Assembly: GCA_944384025.1 (NCBI GenBank)
Contig: CALWRS010000004.1
Coordinates: 34,581 to 98,580 of the forward strand
Origin: an uncultured Lachnospiraceae bacterium
Lineage (GTDB): Bacteria; Bacillota; Clostridia; Lachnospirales; Lachnospiraceae
Direction: 5' to 3'
DNA length: 64,000 nucleotides
Positions 29,933-39,425 of the stretch are shown in pieces (position 1 is the first letter of the stretch; the number at the start of each line of letters is the position of its first letter). The notes below the pieces were generated by a model, which saw nothing but the letters and a program-made list of their open reading frames with translations, made no database searches and was not told where the DNA came from. A program made the translations under genes and the position numbers.

Positions 29933-31531
29933 TCAGCTTTCGCCATCCAGCCGTTCCTTCCGTTTTACGTTTACCGTAACGGTTATTTCGTAGCAGGAAA
30001 ACATCGCTTCAATGTCCTCCTGCGGCTCTTTTCGTGTAAACAAAGAGACAATCGGCACGAGTACCAGACCGCCTGCCATGGAGAGCACGCCTGAGCGAAT
30101 GGAGGAGGCAAATAAATACGACAAAATTCCTTCCGAAAACGTAAGCATGCCAAAGCTTACCAAAAGCTGCACAATCGTGACTGTGACTGCAAAGAGGTAG
30201 CTGACATAAACCGATGCTCTTGTTGTTTTCTTCCAGTACAGGCCATACAAAAACGGCGCTAAAAACGCTCCTGCAAGTGCGCCCCAAGATACGCCCATCA
30301 TCTGCGCGATAAAAGTCAGGTTCAGGCTGTCTTTCATAATCGCAAGAACTGCGGATACGAGTATGAAAAATACGATAAAGATCCGCATAATAAAAATCTG
30401 TCCTTTATCGCTCGTCTTCTTTTTCATCGCCGGCACAATCACGTCTAGCGTCAGCGTGGAGCTTGACGTAAGCACAAGCGAGCTGAGGGTGGACATCGAT
30501 GCGGCAAGCACCAAAACGATTACAATGGCAATGACAAACGCCGGAAGCTCTCTTAACATTGCCGGAACAATACTGTCGTACAAAATCGACCCGTCCGATT
30601 TGTACTGGATATGTTCCGAACCGGCAAAGAGGCGTCCGAAGCTGCCTAGGAAATAGCAGCCGCCCGCTACAATAATCGCAAAGACCGTAGAGATAATCGT
30701 TCCTTTTTGGATAGCCTTTTCATCGGAAATCGAATAAAACTTTCCAACCATCTGCGGTAGTCCCCAAGTGCCTAAGGAAGTTAAGAGCACGACGAATAAA
30801 AGCGCAAGCGGGTCAGGTCCTAAAAAGCTTACGTACGCGCCGCTTAATTCACCGCCCGCAGGCATTTTCGCGCTTTGTGCGGAAAGCGCCGCCATAGCGG
30901 CCGACAAACCTCCCTGCTCCGACAAAACCACGCCGACAACAACGACAATGCCTGCCAGCATAATAATTCCCTGAATAAAGTCGTTGATTGCGGTCGCCAT
31001 ATAGCCGCCGTAAATAACGTAAACTCCGGTCAGCACAGCCATAATGGCGATAACTACCCAATACGGTACGTCAAATACTATGGCAAACAGACTGGAAAGC
31101 CCGTTGTAAAGAGACGCCGTATACGGAACTAAAAAGACAAAGACGATAAAGGACGCTACAATCTTCAAACCTTTGGAGTGGTAGCGCTTCTGGAAAAAGT
31201 CCGGCATAGTTTTCGTATCCAGATGCTGCGTCATAATTCTGGTTCTGCGTCCGAGTACGTTCCACGCAAGCATCGAGCCTAAAAAGGCATTGCCAAGACC
31301 AATCCAAGTAGACGCCATGCCGAAGTTCCAGCCGAACTGACCGGCATAGCCAACAAAAATAACGGCGCTAAAATATGAAGTGCCAAAAGCGAACGCTGTC
31401 AGCCACGGACCGACGCTTCTTCCGCCAAGAACAAAGCCGTTTACATCCGTCGCATGCTTGCGGCAATAAATGCCAACGCCTATCATCAAGGCAAAGAAGC
31501 AAAGCATCAACAAGACCGTTAACCAAACCAT
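29933..31531 (-). CDS. Sodium:solute symporter family transporter
   Basis: 532 aa, about 13 TM helices. The N-terminal block GGRSVGPWLTAFAFGTSYFSAVIFVGYAG is typical of SSF (PutP/PanF-like). Substrate not inferable. Confidence 0.8.
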   Translation of the reverse strand: MVWLTVLLMLCFFALMIGVGIYCRKHATDVNGFVLGGRSVGPWLTAFAFGTSYFSAVIFVGYAGQFGWNFGMASTWIGLGNAFLGSMLAWNVLGRRTRIMTQHLDTKTMPDFFQKRYHSKGLKIVASFIVFVFLVPYTASLYNGLSSLFAIVFDVPYWVVIAIMAVLTGVYVIYGGYMATAINDFIQGIIMLAGIVVVVGVVLSEQGGLSAAMAALSAQSAKMPAGGELSGAYVSFLGPDPLALLFVVLLTSLGTWGLPQMVGKFYSISDEKAIQKGTIISTVFAIIVAGGCYFLGSFGRLFAGSEHIQYKSDGSILYDSIVPAMLRELPAFVIAIVIVLVLAASMSTLSSLVLTSSSTLTLDVIVPAMKKKTSDKGQIFIMRIFIVFFILVSAVLAIMKDSLNLTFIAQMMGVSWGALAGAFLAPFLYGLYWKKTTRASVYVSYLFAVTVTIVQLLVSFGMLTFSEGILSYLFASSIRSGVLSMAGGLVLVPIVSLFTRKEPQEDIEAMFSCYEITVTVNVKRKERLDGES

Positions 31532-31547
31532 AAATTTTCTCCCCCTT

Positions 31548-33173
31548 TTACTGAATCTGCGCTTCTACTAGGCTTCCGCCGCAGTATTTTTCACGCAGCC
31601 TCGGCTTTTCAATTTTTCCGGTCGGATTTCGCGGAACTTCGGCAAAAATAATTTTCTTTGGCCGCTTGTATCTGGGCAAATCCAGACAAAAGTCTCGAAT
31701 GTCGTCTTCCGTACATTCCGCTCCTTCTTTCTTTTCGATAATAGCAAGCGTAATTTCTCCCAACCGCTTGTCCGGAAGGCCGATAACCGCCACGTCTTTT
31801 ACAGCTGCGTGCGCACGTAAAAAGTCTTCAATCTGCACGGGATAGATGTTTTCACCGCCCATAATAATAACGTCTTTTTTACGGTCAACCAGGTAAATAA
31901 AGCCGTCTTCGTCCTGTCTTGCCATATCTCCCGTGTACAGCCAGCCGTCGTTCAAAACGGCCTGTGTAGCCGCTTCGTCTTTGTAGTAGCACTTCATGAC
32001 GCCCGGCCCTTTAACTGCCAGCTCTCCGACTTCACCAGCCGGAACCGGCTGCCTGCTCTCGTCCAAAATGCTGCACTCCCAGCGGTAGCCCGGCACGCCA
32101 ATCGCACCGACTTTATGAATATTTTCCACGCCTAAGTGCACACAGCCTGGCCCAATTGATTCGCTAAGGCCGTAGTTTGTATCGTACAAATGCTCCGGGA
32201 AGCGCTCCTTCCAGCGCCGAATCAGGCTTGGCGGAACCGGCTGTGCGCCGATATGCATCAGGCGCCACTGCGAAAGCTCATAATCTTCCATCTTCAGCTC
32301 GCCGCGGTCAAGCGTGTCCAAAATGTCCTGCACCCAAGGCACAAGCAGCCAGACAATGGTAACTTTTTCGCGAGAGACGGTCTCTAAAATCCACTCCGGT
32401 TTTACGCCGCGAAGAAGCACTGCTCTGCTTGCGCTAAGCAAACTCCCAAACCAGTGCATTTTCGCTCCGGTATGATAAAGCGGCGGAATGCACAAAAAAA
32501 CGTCCTCACGCGTTTGTCCGTGGTGCTTTTGTTCCGTTTCGCAAGCGGACATAAGCGCGCGGTGCGCATGCAAAATCGCTTTTGGAAATCCGGTCGTACC
32601 GGAGGAAAAATAAATTGCGGCGTCGTCATCGTCCGAAAGCGCAATCCCCGGATTTTTCGACGTACAATAAGCCGAATAACGCTCGTAGCTGTCGGCGAAG
32701 GAAGGGCAGTCCTCCCCTACGTAAAACCGCGTAGTCACCTTTGGAATACGATCTACAATGTCCTCAACACGTCCCGTAAACTCCGGGCCAAACACTAGCA
32801 CGGTGCAGTCCGCAAGGTTTAAGCAGTATTTGATTTCCTCTGCCGTATAGCGGTAGTTCATCGGCACGGCAAGCGCACCGGTTTTTAAAATTCCAAAGTA
32901 AATCGGCAGCCACTCCAGACAATTCATAAGAAGAATGGCGACCTTGTCCCCTTTTTTTACGCCTCTGCTCAAAAGCAGATTGGCAAAGCGGTTCGACTTG
33001 CGGTTAAAATCCTCCCAAGTCATTTCGCGCCGGTAGCGGTCGTTGTGATCGCTTTCAATCAGCTCATACTCTCTCCACGTTCTTGACGTCTGCTCCGCCG
33101 GATTGATTTCCACCAAACAGACTTCATTTCCGTACAACCGGGCGTTTCTTTCCAAAAAATCCGTAATCGGCAT
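31548..33173 (-). CDS. AMP-forming acyl-CoA synthetase / adenylate-forming ligase
   Basis: 541 aa. AMP-binding motif YFSSGTTGFPKA, plus YTGDMAR, GENIYP and the terminal K in PTGKIEK. Confidence 0.88.
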   Translation of the reverse strand: MPITDFLERNARLYGNEVCLVEINPAEQTSRTWREYELIESDHNDRYRREMTWEDFNRKSNRFANLLLSRGVKKGDKVAILLMNCLEWLPIYFGILKTGALAVPMNYRYTAEEIKYCLNLADCTVLVFGPEFTGRVEDIVDRIPKVTTRFYVGEDCPSFADSYERYSAYCTSKNPGIALSDDDDAAIYFSSGTTGFPKAILHAHRALMSACETEQKHHGQTREDVFLCIPPLYHTGAKMHWFGSLLSASRAVLLRGVKPEWILETVSREKVTIVWLLVPWVQDILDTLDRGELKMEDYELSQWRLMHIGAQPVPPSLIRRWKERFPEHLYDTNYGLSESIGPGCVHLGVENIHKVGAIGVPGYRWECSILDESRQPVPAGEVGELAVKGPGVMKCYYKDEAATQAVLNDGWLYTGDMARQDEDGFIYLVDRKKDVIIMGGENIYPVQIEDFLRAHAAVKDVAVIGLPDKRLGEITLAIIEKKEGAECTEDDIRDFCLDLPRYKRPKKIIFAEVPRNPTGKIEKPRLREKYCGGSLVEAQIQ

Positions 33174-33220
33174 TTTTTTCGTTTCCTCCCTTTCCCGTCT
33201 CCTTTGTTATTTTTATGCAG

Positions 33221-33247
33221 GCCGCAAAAAGCGGTCGTTTTTGCGGC
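33221..33247 (-). terminator. Hairpin between the amidase and acyl-CoA synthetase genes (possible terminator)
   Basis: 10-bp stem GCCGCAAAAA / TTTTTGCGGC with a 7-nt loop. There is no clean T-tract on the minus strand, so its function is uncertain. Confidence 0.35.
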
Positions 33248-33275
33248 TTTGCACTTATGCCTTTAGGCGATTTGT

Positions 33276-34094
33276 TTATGTTGTCACTACAAGCGTGTCG
33301 TAGCCAAGCTGCTGGAGCTGCTGCTCAAGCTCGGCCGCTTCCGAAAGGGAAGCTTCGTTCCCGACCCAAACGGCAAAAAACGGTCCGTTTACAGCGATTT
33401 CCACTGGAAATCCGAGCGTCTGAAGTCCATACGCCTGCATGGAAGCATTTTGATAATTCCGAAACAGGCCTACCTGAACGCGGTAGCGCTCATCGTCTGT
33501 CTGCCCGGACTGCGGCGGCTGCGCCTGGTCTTCCTGCGGGAATTCATCATCCATAGGAAGCTGCCCTCCCGTCACGGTTTGCAAAATCGCATTTGCAATT
33601 TCGCGCGTAATCTGCGAGAAGTTTTCGTCAAGCAGAGCATTGTCCCGATCGTTGTTAATAAATCCGACTTCCACAAGCACGGCCGGCATATTCGTTCTGC
33701 GTAAAACGGCGAGGTTTGGCCGCTCTTCTACGCCCAAATCCGCATATCCGGCGTTTGCCAGTCCTTCGTTAATGTTTTGCGCAAGCGTCAATTTCGATCC
33801 GCTTTTATCAAATACCAACGTCTCTACGCCGCTGTATTGATTGGGGATGGGGCTTGAATTTCGGTGAAACGATACAAAGTAGTCCGCGCCGCTTTCGTTT
33901 GCAATTCGCGCTTTTTCTACAGGGGAATCGTAAACATCCGTTACTCTTGTGTACGCAACATCCAAACCGCCCTGCTCCAAAAGTTCGCCTACCGCTAACG
34001 CAATCCGCAGGTTATCGTCTTTTTCAAGTCTGCCGTTGTATACCGCGCCGCCGTCGTTTCCGCCGTGCCCGGCATCCAGTATTACCTTTGCCAT
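33276..34094 (-). CDS. N-acetylmuramoyl-L-alanine amidase (Amidase_3) with C-terminal SPOR domain
   Basis: ILDAGHGGNDGGA, FVSFHRNS, EVGFINN. The C-terminal ~70 aa (YRVQVGLFRNYQNA...AVWVGNEASLSEA) are SPOR-like. Start set to the ATG at 34094, preceded by GGGAG. Confidence 0.85.
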   Translation of the reverse strand: MAKVILDAGHGGNDGGAVYNGRLEKDDNLRIALAVGELLEQGGLDVAYTRVTDVYDSPVEKARIANESGADYFVSFHRNSSPIPNQYSGVETLVFDKSGSKLTLAQNINEGLANAGYADLGVEERPNLAVLRRTNMPAVLVEVGFINNDRDNALLDENFSQITREIANAILQTVTGGQLPMDDEFPQEDQAQPPQSGQTDDERYRVQVGLFRNYQNASMQAYGLQTLGFPVEIAVNGPFFAVWVGNEASLSEAAELEQQLQQLGYDTLVVTT

Positions 34095-34134
34095 AGGAAT
34101 TTCTCCCAACCGGTTCCGTTTTCCTACAGCCTAT

Positions 34135-34161
34135 GCAAAAGGGCGGAATTTCGTTCCGCCC
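34135..34161 (-). terminator. Rho-independent terminator after the DUF1015 gene
   Basis: Minus strand reads GGGCGGAA, CGAAA, TTCCGCCC, followed by TTTTGC. It begins 6 nt after the stop at 34168. Confidence 0.65.
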
Positions 34162-34167
34162 CATTCT

Positions 34168-35409
34168 TTAACTTAACTTATGAATGAAGAGTCCGCTTCG
34201 AAGCTTTGGCTCGAACCAAGTAGATTTTGGAGGCATTAAAAGCCCTGCGTCCGCTACGCAAAACAGCTCCTGAATGGAAGTCGGATACATGGAAAACGCG
34301 ACGCGCATATCCGTATGTACCCTGCGCTCCAATTCGGAAAGCCCTCTGATTCCGCCGATAAAGTCAATTCGCTTGTCGGTTCTTGGATCCTTGATTCCAA
34401 GAATCGGTTCCAAAAGGTAATCCTGCAAAATAGCTACATCCAAAGATTTCACCGGGTCTGTTTCGGCCCGCAGCGTATCCTTTGCCCGGAGCAGATACCA
34501 TTTTTCTCCAAGAAACATGCCAAACGTTCCTTTTTCCTGCGGAGCTACTTGCTTGCTTCCTGCCAAAGTGACCGAAAAGTTTTTCGAAACCGCTTCTAAA
34601 AAGCTTGCTTCGTCGTTTCCGTTTAAGTCGCGGACAACACGGTTATACGGCAGAATCTTTAGCTGGTCTTCCGGAAACAGAACCGAAAGAAAATAGTTGA
34701 ATTCTTCCGTTTTTTCAAAAGACGCTGCCTGCGCTCTGCGGTTTAGCCCCACGCGAACGGCGGACGCCGCACGGTGATGTCCATCGGCAATATAAAGGTT
34801 TTTAAGTCCCGCAAATGCCGCGCGCAGGCAGGATATATCTTCGGAATTAGAAATCCGCCAAACGCGGTGAGCAATCCCGTCTTCGGCCACAAAATCATAC
34901 AGCGGTTTTTGCGACCGGTATTTTTCCATAACCCGCGCAATTTCCGGCTGTGTCCGGTACGCAAGGAAAATCGGTCCGGTCTGCGCGTTGCAAGCGTCAA
35001 CGTGCCGGATGCGATCCTCCTCCTTATCTGCCCGCGTATTTTCGTGTTTTTTTATCGTTCCGTCTTGGTAGTCGTCGATGCTTGCGCACGCAACGATTCC
35101 GGTCTGCGAGCGCCCGTCCATTACGAGTTCGTATAAGTAGTAGCACTCTTGCGGATCGCTTAAATACGTTCCGTCCGCTTCTCGCTCATTCAGCAATTCT
35201 CTCGCTTTTTGGTACACTTCGGGCGCGTACATATCCGTATCGTCCGGCAAATTGCTTTCCGGCCGGTCGATATTCAAAAAAGAGAGGGGATCTTTGCACG
35301 CCTGCGCCTTTGCCTCCGCACGGTTATACACATCGTAGGGCAATGCCGCTACGCGGTGAGCAACCGACGGCTCCGGGCGAACGCAGAAAAACGGTTTTAC
35401 ATCTGCCAT
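34168..35409 (-). CDS. DUF1015 family protein
   Basis: 413 aa. The N-terminus VKPFFCVRPEPSVAHRVAALPYDVY and the overall layout match my memory of DUF1015. Function unknown. Confidence 0.65.
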   Translation of the reverse strand: MADVKPFFCVRPEPSVAHRVAALPYDVYNRAEAKAQACKDPLSFLNIDRPESNLPDDTDMYAPEVYQKARELLNEREADGTYLSDPQECYYLYELVMDGRSQTGIVACASIDDYQDGTIKKHENTRADKEEDRIRHVDACNAQTGPIFLAYRTQPEIARVMEKYRSQKPLYDFVAEDGIAHRVWRISNSEDISCLRAAFAGLKNLYIADGHHRAASAVRVGLNRRAQAASFEKTEEFNYFLSVLFPEDQLKILPYNRVVRDLNGNDEASFLEAVSKNFSVTLAGSKQVAPQEKGTFGMFLGEKWYLLRAKDTLRAETDPVKSLDVAILQDYLLEPILGIKDPRTDKRIDFIGGIRGLSELERRVHTDMRVAFSMYPTSIQELFCVADAGLLMPPKSTWFEPKLRSGLFIHKLS

Positions 35410-35418
35410 AATTACCTC

Positions 35419-36174
35419 CTAATCAGCCAGCAAAGGCTGCACCTTTTTTTGAAAGAATTTTTTGTGCCCCACCGCCAATAAAAGCGTCAGGCAAACATAA
35501 AACAGCACCGCTCCCGCTCTGCCGCCAAGCGAAGTCAAAGATCCTAAAAATCTCCGGTCTACGGTCATTAAAAGCACATAAAACGTAAAGAATACAAACA
35601 GGCAGCTAATTCCCGCATAACGCTGCTTTGAGAAAAAGACGTAGCTTAGGGAAACTGAAAAATACGCAAGCGCTACTGTTGCCGCAAGTACAAAAGCGAA
35701 GTTAAGAACGGCCAGCAAAATCGGGATCGCCTTCCCGGAAGAAACGTCTCCAAGCAAGCTGTTCCAGTCCATGGCCGAAAGTTCCTGCCCTACTACAGGG
35801 AACTGTTTCGCAATCAGCACCGTATCTAGGGCAAATCCGCCAAGAAACAGACCCGCTGCCAAAAGTGCGGTAAGCCACGTCACAAGCTGCTTGTAAAAAA
35901 GCACCCTCCCAAAGGGAACGCCTGCTTCGTCAAGACTTTTAAAGTACGTCTGCTTCTGGATATTACGAAGGAGCAGCGAGGCTCCTTCGTAAACAAAAAA
36001 CAACACCATAGCAACCGTTACAAAAATCATGCAGCGAAGCGCTGTAACAATCCACGCCTCTTTTTTCATGAATACGGCCGGAATTAACGACAGCTGCAAA
36101 ATCAGGAAAGCCAAAACCGCCATCACACGGGACGGCAAGATTCCTGCCAGATCTTTTTTCAATACAATCTTCAT
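35419..36174 (-). CDS. Polytopic membrane protein (unknown function)
   Basis: 251 aa, about 6 TM helices, with no recognisable motif. It abuts the upstream gene with no gap (36174/36175). Confidence 0.55.
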   Translation of the reverse strand: MKIVLKKDLAGILPSRVMAVLAFLILQLSLIPAVFMKKEAWIVTALRCMIFVTVAMVLFFVYEGASLLLRNIQKQTYFKSLDEAGVPFGRVLFYKQLVTWLTALLAAGLFLGGFALDTVLIAKQFPVVGQELSAMDWNSLLGDVSSGKAIPILLAVLNFAFVLAATVALAYFSVSLSYVFFSKQRYAGISCLFVFFTFYVLLMTVDRRFLGSLTSLGGRAGAVLFYVCLTLLLAVGHKKFFQKKVQPLLAD

Positions 36175-37473
36175 TTAAAATACAACCAAATCTTTCCTTG
36201 CAAGTTTTTCTTTTTTCAAAAACCGCAAGTCCCTTCCAAAACGGATTTGTATAATCTCGGCGTCGCTATTATCAATCACTTCGCCCTCGCCGTAGAGCTT
36301 ATGCTGAATGCGGTCCTGTTCTTTCAGCCGGTCAAGGCGAGCGCGAACCGCAGCCTCGTGCGTTGCTGCGTCATCCCTTACAGCTTCCGGCACAGGCGCA
36401 GGCTGGATGATTACCGGTTCTTCCTCGGGAAGTTCCTCTGCTTGCGCTTCTTCTGTTTCTGCTTCCTCCTGCGTTTCTTCCGCTGCTTCGGGTTCCGCTT
36501 CCGGCTCGTTCTGCGTCGTCTCCTGCTGCGTCATGCGAACCGTGTTGGCAATTTCCTCGGTATTTTCTTCCTCGAACAGACCGTTTATGTCCAGCTCAAT
36601 ATCCTCCGGATCTCCCAATTCTTCTCCTAGGTTCCGATCCGTCTGGTCTCCCAGCTTCAGGTAGTTGTAATAATCCTGTTTAGCTTCTTCAAAATCTTCT
36701 TCCAGTTCGCCTTCGATCGGTTCCACACCTGTACGCGAACTGTAGCGATCCATTTCCTTTTCCAGGATTTTTTCCTGGTACTTGGAATATAACGTATAAA
36801 TCAGTATGAGTACAACAATGACAATGCAAAGAATGACCATATACTTATACGGCCGGAAGCCCTTGCTGTCGTCCACAAGCGATTTGTTGTCCTCCGACGG
36901 TGTAGGCGTATTGTTCCCAAAAACGTTGTCTGCTCCTGCAATCGTAGGCGTAGGCGTTTGATTTTGGTCTTCAGACGGCGTAGGCGTAGGCGTAAACGTA
37001 ACCTTTGCATAACGCGTAATAAACTCGGCCAAGCAATACCCTTCTACGGTCTCTCCTTCAAATTCCAAGCGCACATGGTACCATAAATCGAGCTGCTCAT
37101 CCCGCGACTCTCCTATAATAACCAGCTTTGTAAGCTTGGGGATTTTAACGGAAGTTCCGTTTGAAGTCTGAACAATTTCGTAAACTTCAGCGCTTGGACC
37201 TGTCCGAACGTTAACGACGGTGTTGATGGTTTCGTTTACTTCTCCGTCGTAGTAGCCGTCAATATAATTTTCTTTATTAACGTAATCCAAATCCCCCGTT
37301 ACCGAAGGAGTGCCTTCGGCACCCGGCGTTGTTTCTGTCTGCGCAAGTCCCTGCACCTTAAAAACCCAGACGAGCATCATACAGATTCCAAGCGCTGCCG
37401 TTAAAAGCGTCCATTTCCAAACGGTTTTTCGTTCTGTTTCTCTCATGGCTGTCCTCGCTTTCTCTTCTGTCAT
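36175..37473 (-). CDS. Two-TM protein: extracellular SH3b-like domain, acidic cytoplasmic linker, C-terminal Tudor/DUF3553-like module
   Basis: 432 aa. First TM helix (WTLLTAALGICMMLVWVF), then an SH3b-like block (VVNVRTGPSAEVYEIV...WYHVRL...GYC), TPTPSED repeats, a second TM helix, an E/D-rich region, and finally IQHKLYGEGEVIDNSDAEIIQIRFG. Its start overlaps the argS stop (TAATG). An alternative ATG at 37446 has a better SD. Confidence 0.6.
   Translation of the reverse strand: MTEEKARTAMRETERKTVWKWTLLTAALGICMMLVWVFKVQGLAQTETTPGAEGTPSVTGDLDYVNKENYIDGYYDGEVNETINTVVNVRTGPSAEVYEIVQTSNGTSVKIPKLTKLVIIGESRDEQLDLWYHVRLEFEGETVEGYCLAEFITRYAKVTFTPTPTPSEDQNQTPTPTIAGADNVFGNNTPTPSEDNKSLVDDSKGFRPYKYMVILCIVIVVLILIYTLYSKYQEKILEKEMDRYSSRTGVEPIEGELEEDFEEAKQDYYNYLKLGDQTDRNLGEELGDPEDIELDINGLFEEENTEEIANTVRMTQQETTQNEPEAEPEAAEETQEEAETEEAQAEELPEEEPVIIQPAPVPEAVRDDAATHEAAVRARLDRLKEQDRIQHKLYGEGEVIDNSDAEIIQIRFGRDLRFLKKEKLARKDLVVF
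36893..36996 (-). repeat. Short direct repeats (GGCGTA-type hexamers) encoding TPTPSED linker repeats
   Basis: GACGG(T/C)GTAGGCGTA recurs at about 36896-36910 and 36974-36988. CGTAGGCGTAGGCGT occurs at 36943-36957. All lie inside the CDS as a low-complexity Thr/Pro linker. Confidence 0.5.
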
Positions 37474-39233
37474 TACATACGATCCGGCGCTTCAAAAGCA
37501 AGCAGGTCAATACAAGTCTGCAAAACGGCAAGCGTTGTCCGAATCATTCCAATCCACTCCGTCCGCTTTGTTGCGTCGCTCTCTGTAAGAATTTTGTTGT
37601 TATGGTAAAAACTATTAAATACATTCGACAGTTCGTAAATATACTGACAGACTTTGTGCGGCGCCAGTTCCGCAGCGGCGCGCTCTAGCATGTCCGGAAA
37701 TCTGCCAAGCGTCAAAAGGCAGTTGATTTCGTCTTTGCTTCTCTCCCGCAAAGAAGGCGGTACCTGCGTATCCTCCTCTTTTTCTAAGCGTGCGAGAATG
37801 GATTTGATTCGCACCATCGTATATAAAATATACGGCCCGGTATTCCCTTCAAAGGAAGAAAAACGCTCCAGATCAAAGATGTAATCTTTGGACGCCTGAT
37901 TCGACAAGTCGGCGTACTTAAGCGCTGCCAAGCCTACCTGCTGCGCCACTTGACGGATTTCTTCTTCCGGCATGTCGCGGTCCTGCATGTTTTTATACAC
38001 TTCGTCCGCAATTTCCCGAATAAGCTGTTCCAAACGCATTACGCCGCCGTCACGAGTCTTAAACGGCTTTCCGTCTTTGCCGTTCATCGTACCAAAGCCA
38101 AGAAACGTAAGCTTTGTATCTTCCTTCACAAGGTGCGTCTTGCGCGCGCAGCGGAAAATTTGCTCAAAGTAAAGCGACTGGCGCTTGTCCGTCAAATAAA
38201 TAATTTCGTCCGGAGAAAACAGCTTCATTCTCTCTACGATTGTTGCAAGGTCGGTCGTGTTGTAGAGCGTTGCGCCGTCCGATTTTAAAATCATGCACGG
38301 AGGAATTTCCTTCGTGTCGGTCTCCTCTTTAACGTCTACGACAAGGGCTCCCTCGCTGATGTAGGCGTACCCTTCGTCCTTCATTTTTTGCACCATGTCC
38401 GGAATATAAGGCTGCGCGTCGCTTTCTTTTTTCCAAAGGTCAAATTCTACGTTCAGCTTTTTGTAATTTTGCTTTAGGTCGTTTAGGGAAACGGTCATAA
38501 TATGTTTCCAAAGCGCGTAATACCCTTTGTGTCCGTTTTGCAGCAGAAACGTCGCGTGCCGCGCCTCTTCTTTGTATTCTTCGTGTTCCTTGGAATATGC
38601 GCTGGCGTAAGGGTAAATTTCTTCTAAGTCCTTCATTGTAAACGGCGCCTCTTTTGGGTACTCGCCTGTAAAAGCGTCGTCAAAATAAGGAAGCTCCGGC
38701 CTGCGCGCTTTAAGCTCGGTAATAATCAAGCCAATCTGTAGCCCCCAGTCTCCTAAATGCGCGTCTCCTATAACCTTATTTCCAGCGTACCGAAGGATGC
38801 GCTTTACGGATTCTCCGATAATCGCAGAGCGAAGATGCCCAACGTGCAAAGGCTTCGCAACGTTTGGTCCGCCGTAATCAATAACGATTGTCCGCGGCTT
38901 TTGGGGCTGTAAGATTCCAAACTTTTCCTGTTTGCTCATTTCGTAAACGTACTGCGCCAAAAAGGCGGCATCCACAGTCATATTAATAAATCCCGGCTTT
39001 ACTGCTTCGCAAAGCGCGAACATGCTCTCCTTAGAAAGCGCTGCCGTTACTTCCTGCGCAATGGCAATCGGCGCTTTGTGAAGCTGTTTTGCCGCCGCCA
39101 TGGCGCCGTTACACTGGTACTGGCACAAATCCGGACGGTTGGAGACGGAAACTGCGCCGTATTCTTTGTCGTAACCGCAGTCTGCAAACGCCTGACGTAC
39201 CTTTTGCGATATAATGTCAATTAACTTTTCCAT
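37473..39233 (-). CDS. argS: Arginine--tRNA ligase
   Basis: 586 aa. HIGH-type motif PLHVGHLRS. The N-terminal Arg-tRNA-synthetase add-on domain and the C-terminal DALR anticodon-binding region are recognisable. Confidence 0.93.
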   Translation of the reverse strand: MEKLIDIISQKVRQAFADCGYDKEYGAVSVSNRPDLCQYQCNGAMAAAKQLHKAPIAIAQEVTAALSKESMFALCEAVKPGFINMTVDAAFLAQYVYEMSKQEKFGILQPQKPRTIVIDYGGPNVAKPLHVGHLRSAIIGESVKRILRYAGNKVIGDAHLGDWGLQIGLIITELKARRPELPYFDDAFTGEYPKEAPFTMKDLEEIYPYASAYSKEHEEYKEEARHATFLLQNGHKGYYALWKHIMTVSLNDLKQNYKKLNVEFDLWKKESDAQPYIPDMVQKMKDEGYAYISEGALVVDVKEETDTKEIPPCMILKSDGATLYNTTDLATIVERMKLFSPDEIIYLTDKRQSLYFEQIFRCARKTHLVKEDTKLTFLGFGTMNGKDGKPFKTRDGGVMRLEQLIREIADEVYKNMQDRDMPEEEIRQVAQQVGLAALKYADLSNQASKDYIFDLERFSSFEGNTGPYILYTMVRIKSILARLEKEEDTQVPPSLRERSKDEINCLLTLGRFPDMLERAAAELAPHKVCQYIYELSNVFNSFYHNNKILTESDATKRTEWIGMIRTTLAVLQTCIDLLAFEAPDRM

Positions 39234-39286
39234 TTATATGCTCCTATCTAAACGCGGGGATTTTGCCTCCCCTGCTGAAAAAACAC

Positions 39287-39315
39287 ATTCGCGTCTATTC
39301 TATCATGAGAAGACA
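39287..39315 (-). promoter_or_regulatory. Putative promoter of argS
   Basis: Minus strand reads TTTACT, 17 nt, TAGAAT, with a TG at the extended -10 position. It lies about 50 nt upstream of the argS ATG. Confidence 0.4.
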
Positions 39316-39425
39316 AAAAAGTAAAGTATCAGCGCTTTTTGCTTGATTTTTTTCAGAAATCGTGTATCTTAATATCGAACGGTTTTCTATTTCCGGAAAA
39401 ACACTGAACAGAAGTGAGGGAATCT

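Noticed and set aside
36893-36996. Tandem GGCGTA-type repeats as a possible non-coding repeat element
   Set aside because: They lie in-frame inside a CDS and simply encode a Thr/Pro (TPTPSED) linker. They are listed as a low-complexity coding repeat only.
39234-39425. T-box leader for argS, or lysine riboswitch for aspartate kinase, in the divergent intergenic region
   Set aside because: Only about 190 nt are shared by two divergent promoters. Each leader would be under about 100 nt, too short for a T-box or L-box. I saw no specifier/T-box motif and no lysine-riboswitch core. There is only a small GGGGA...TCCCC hairpin.
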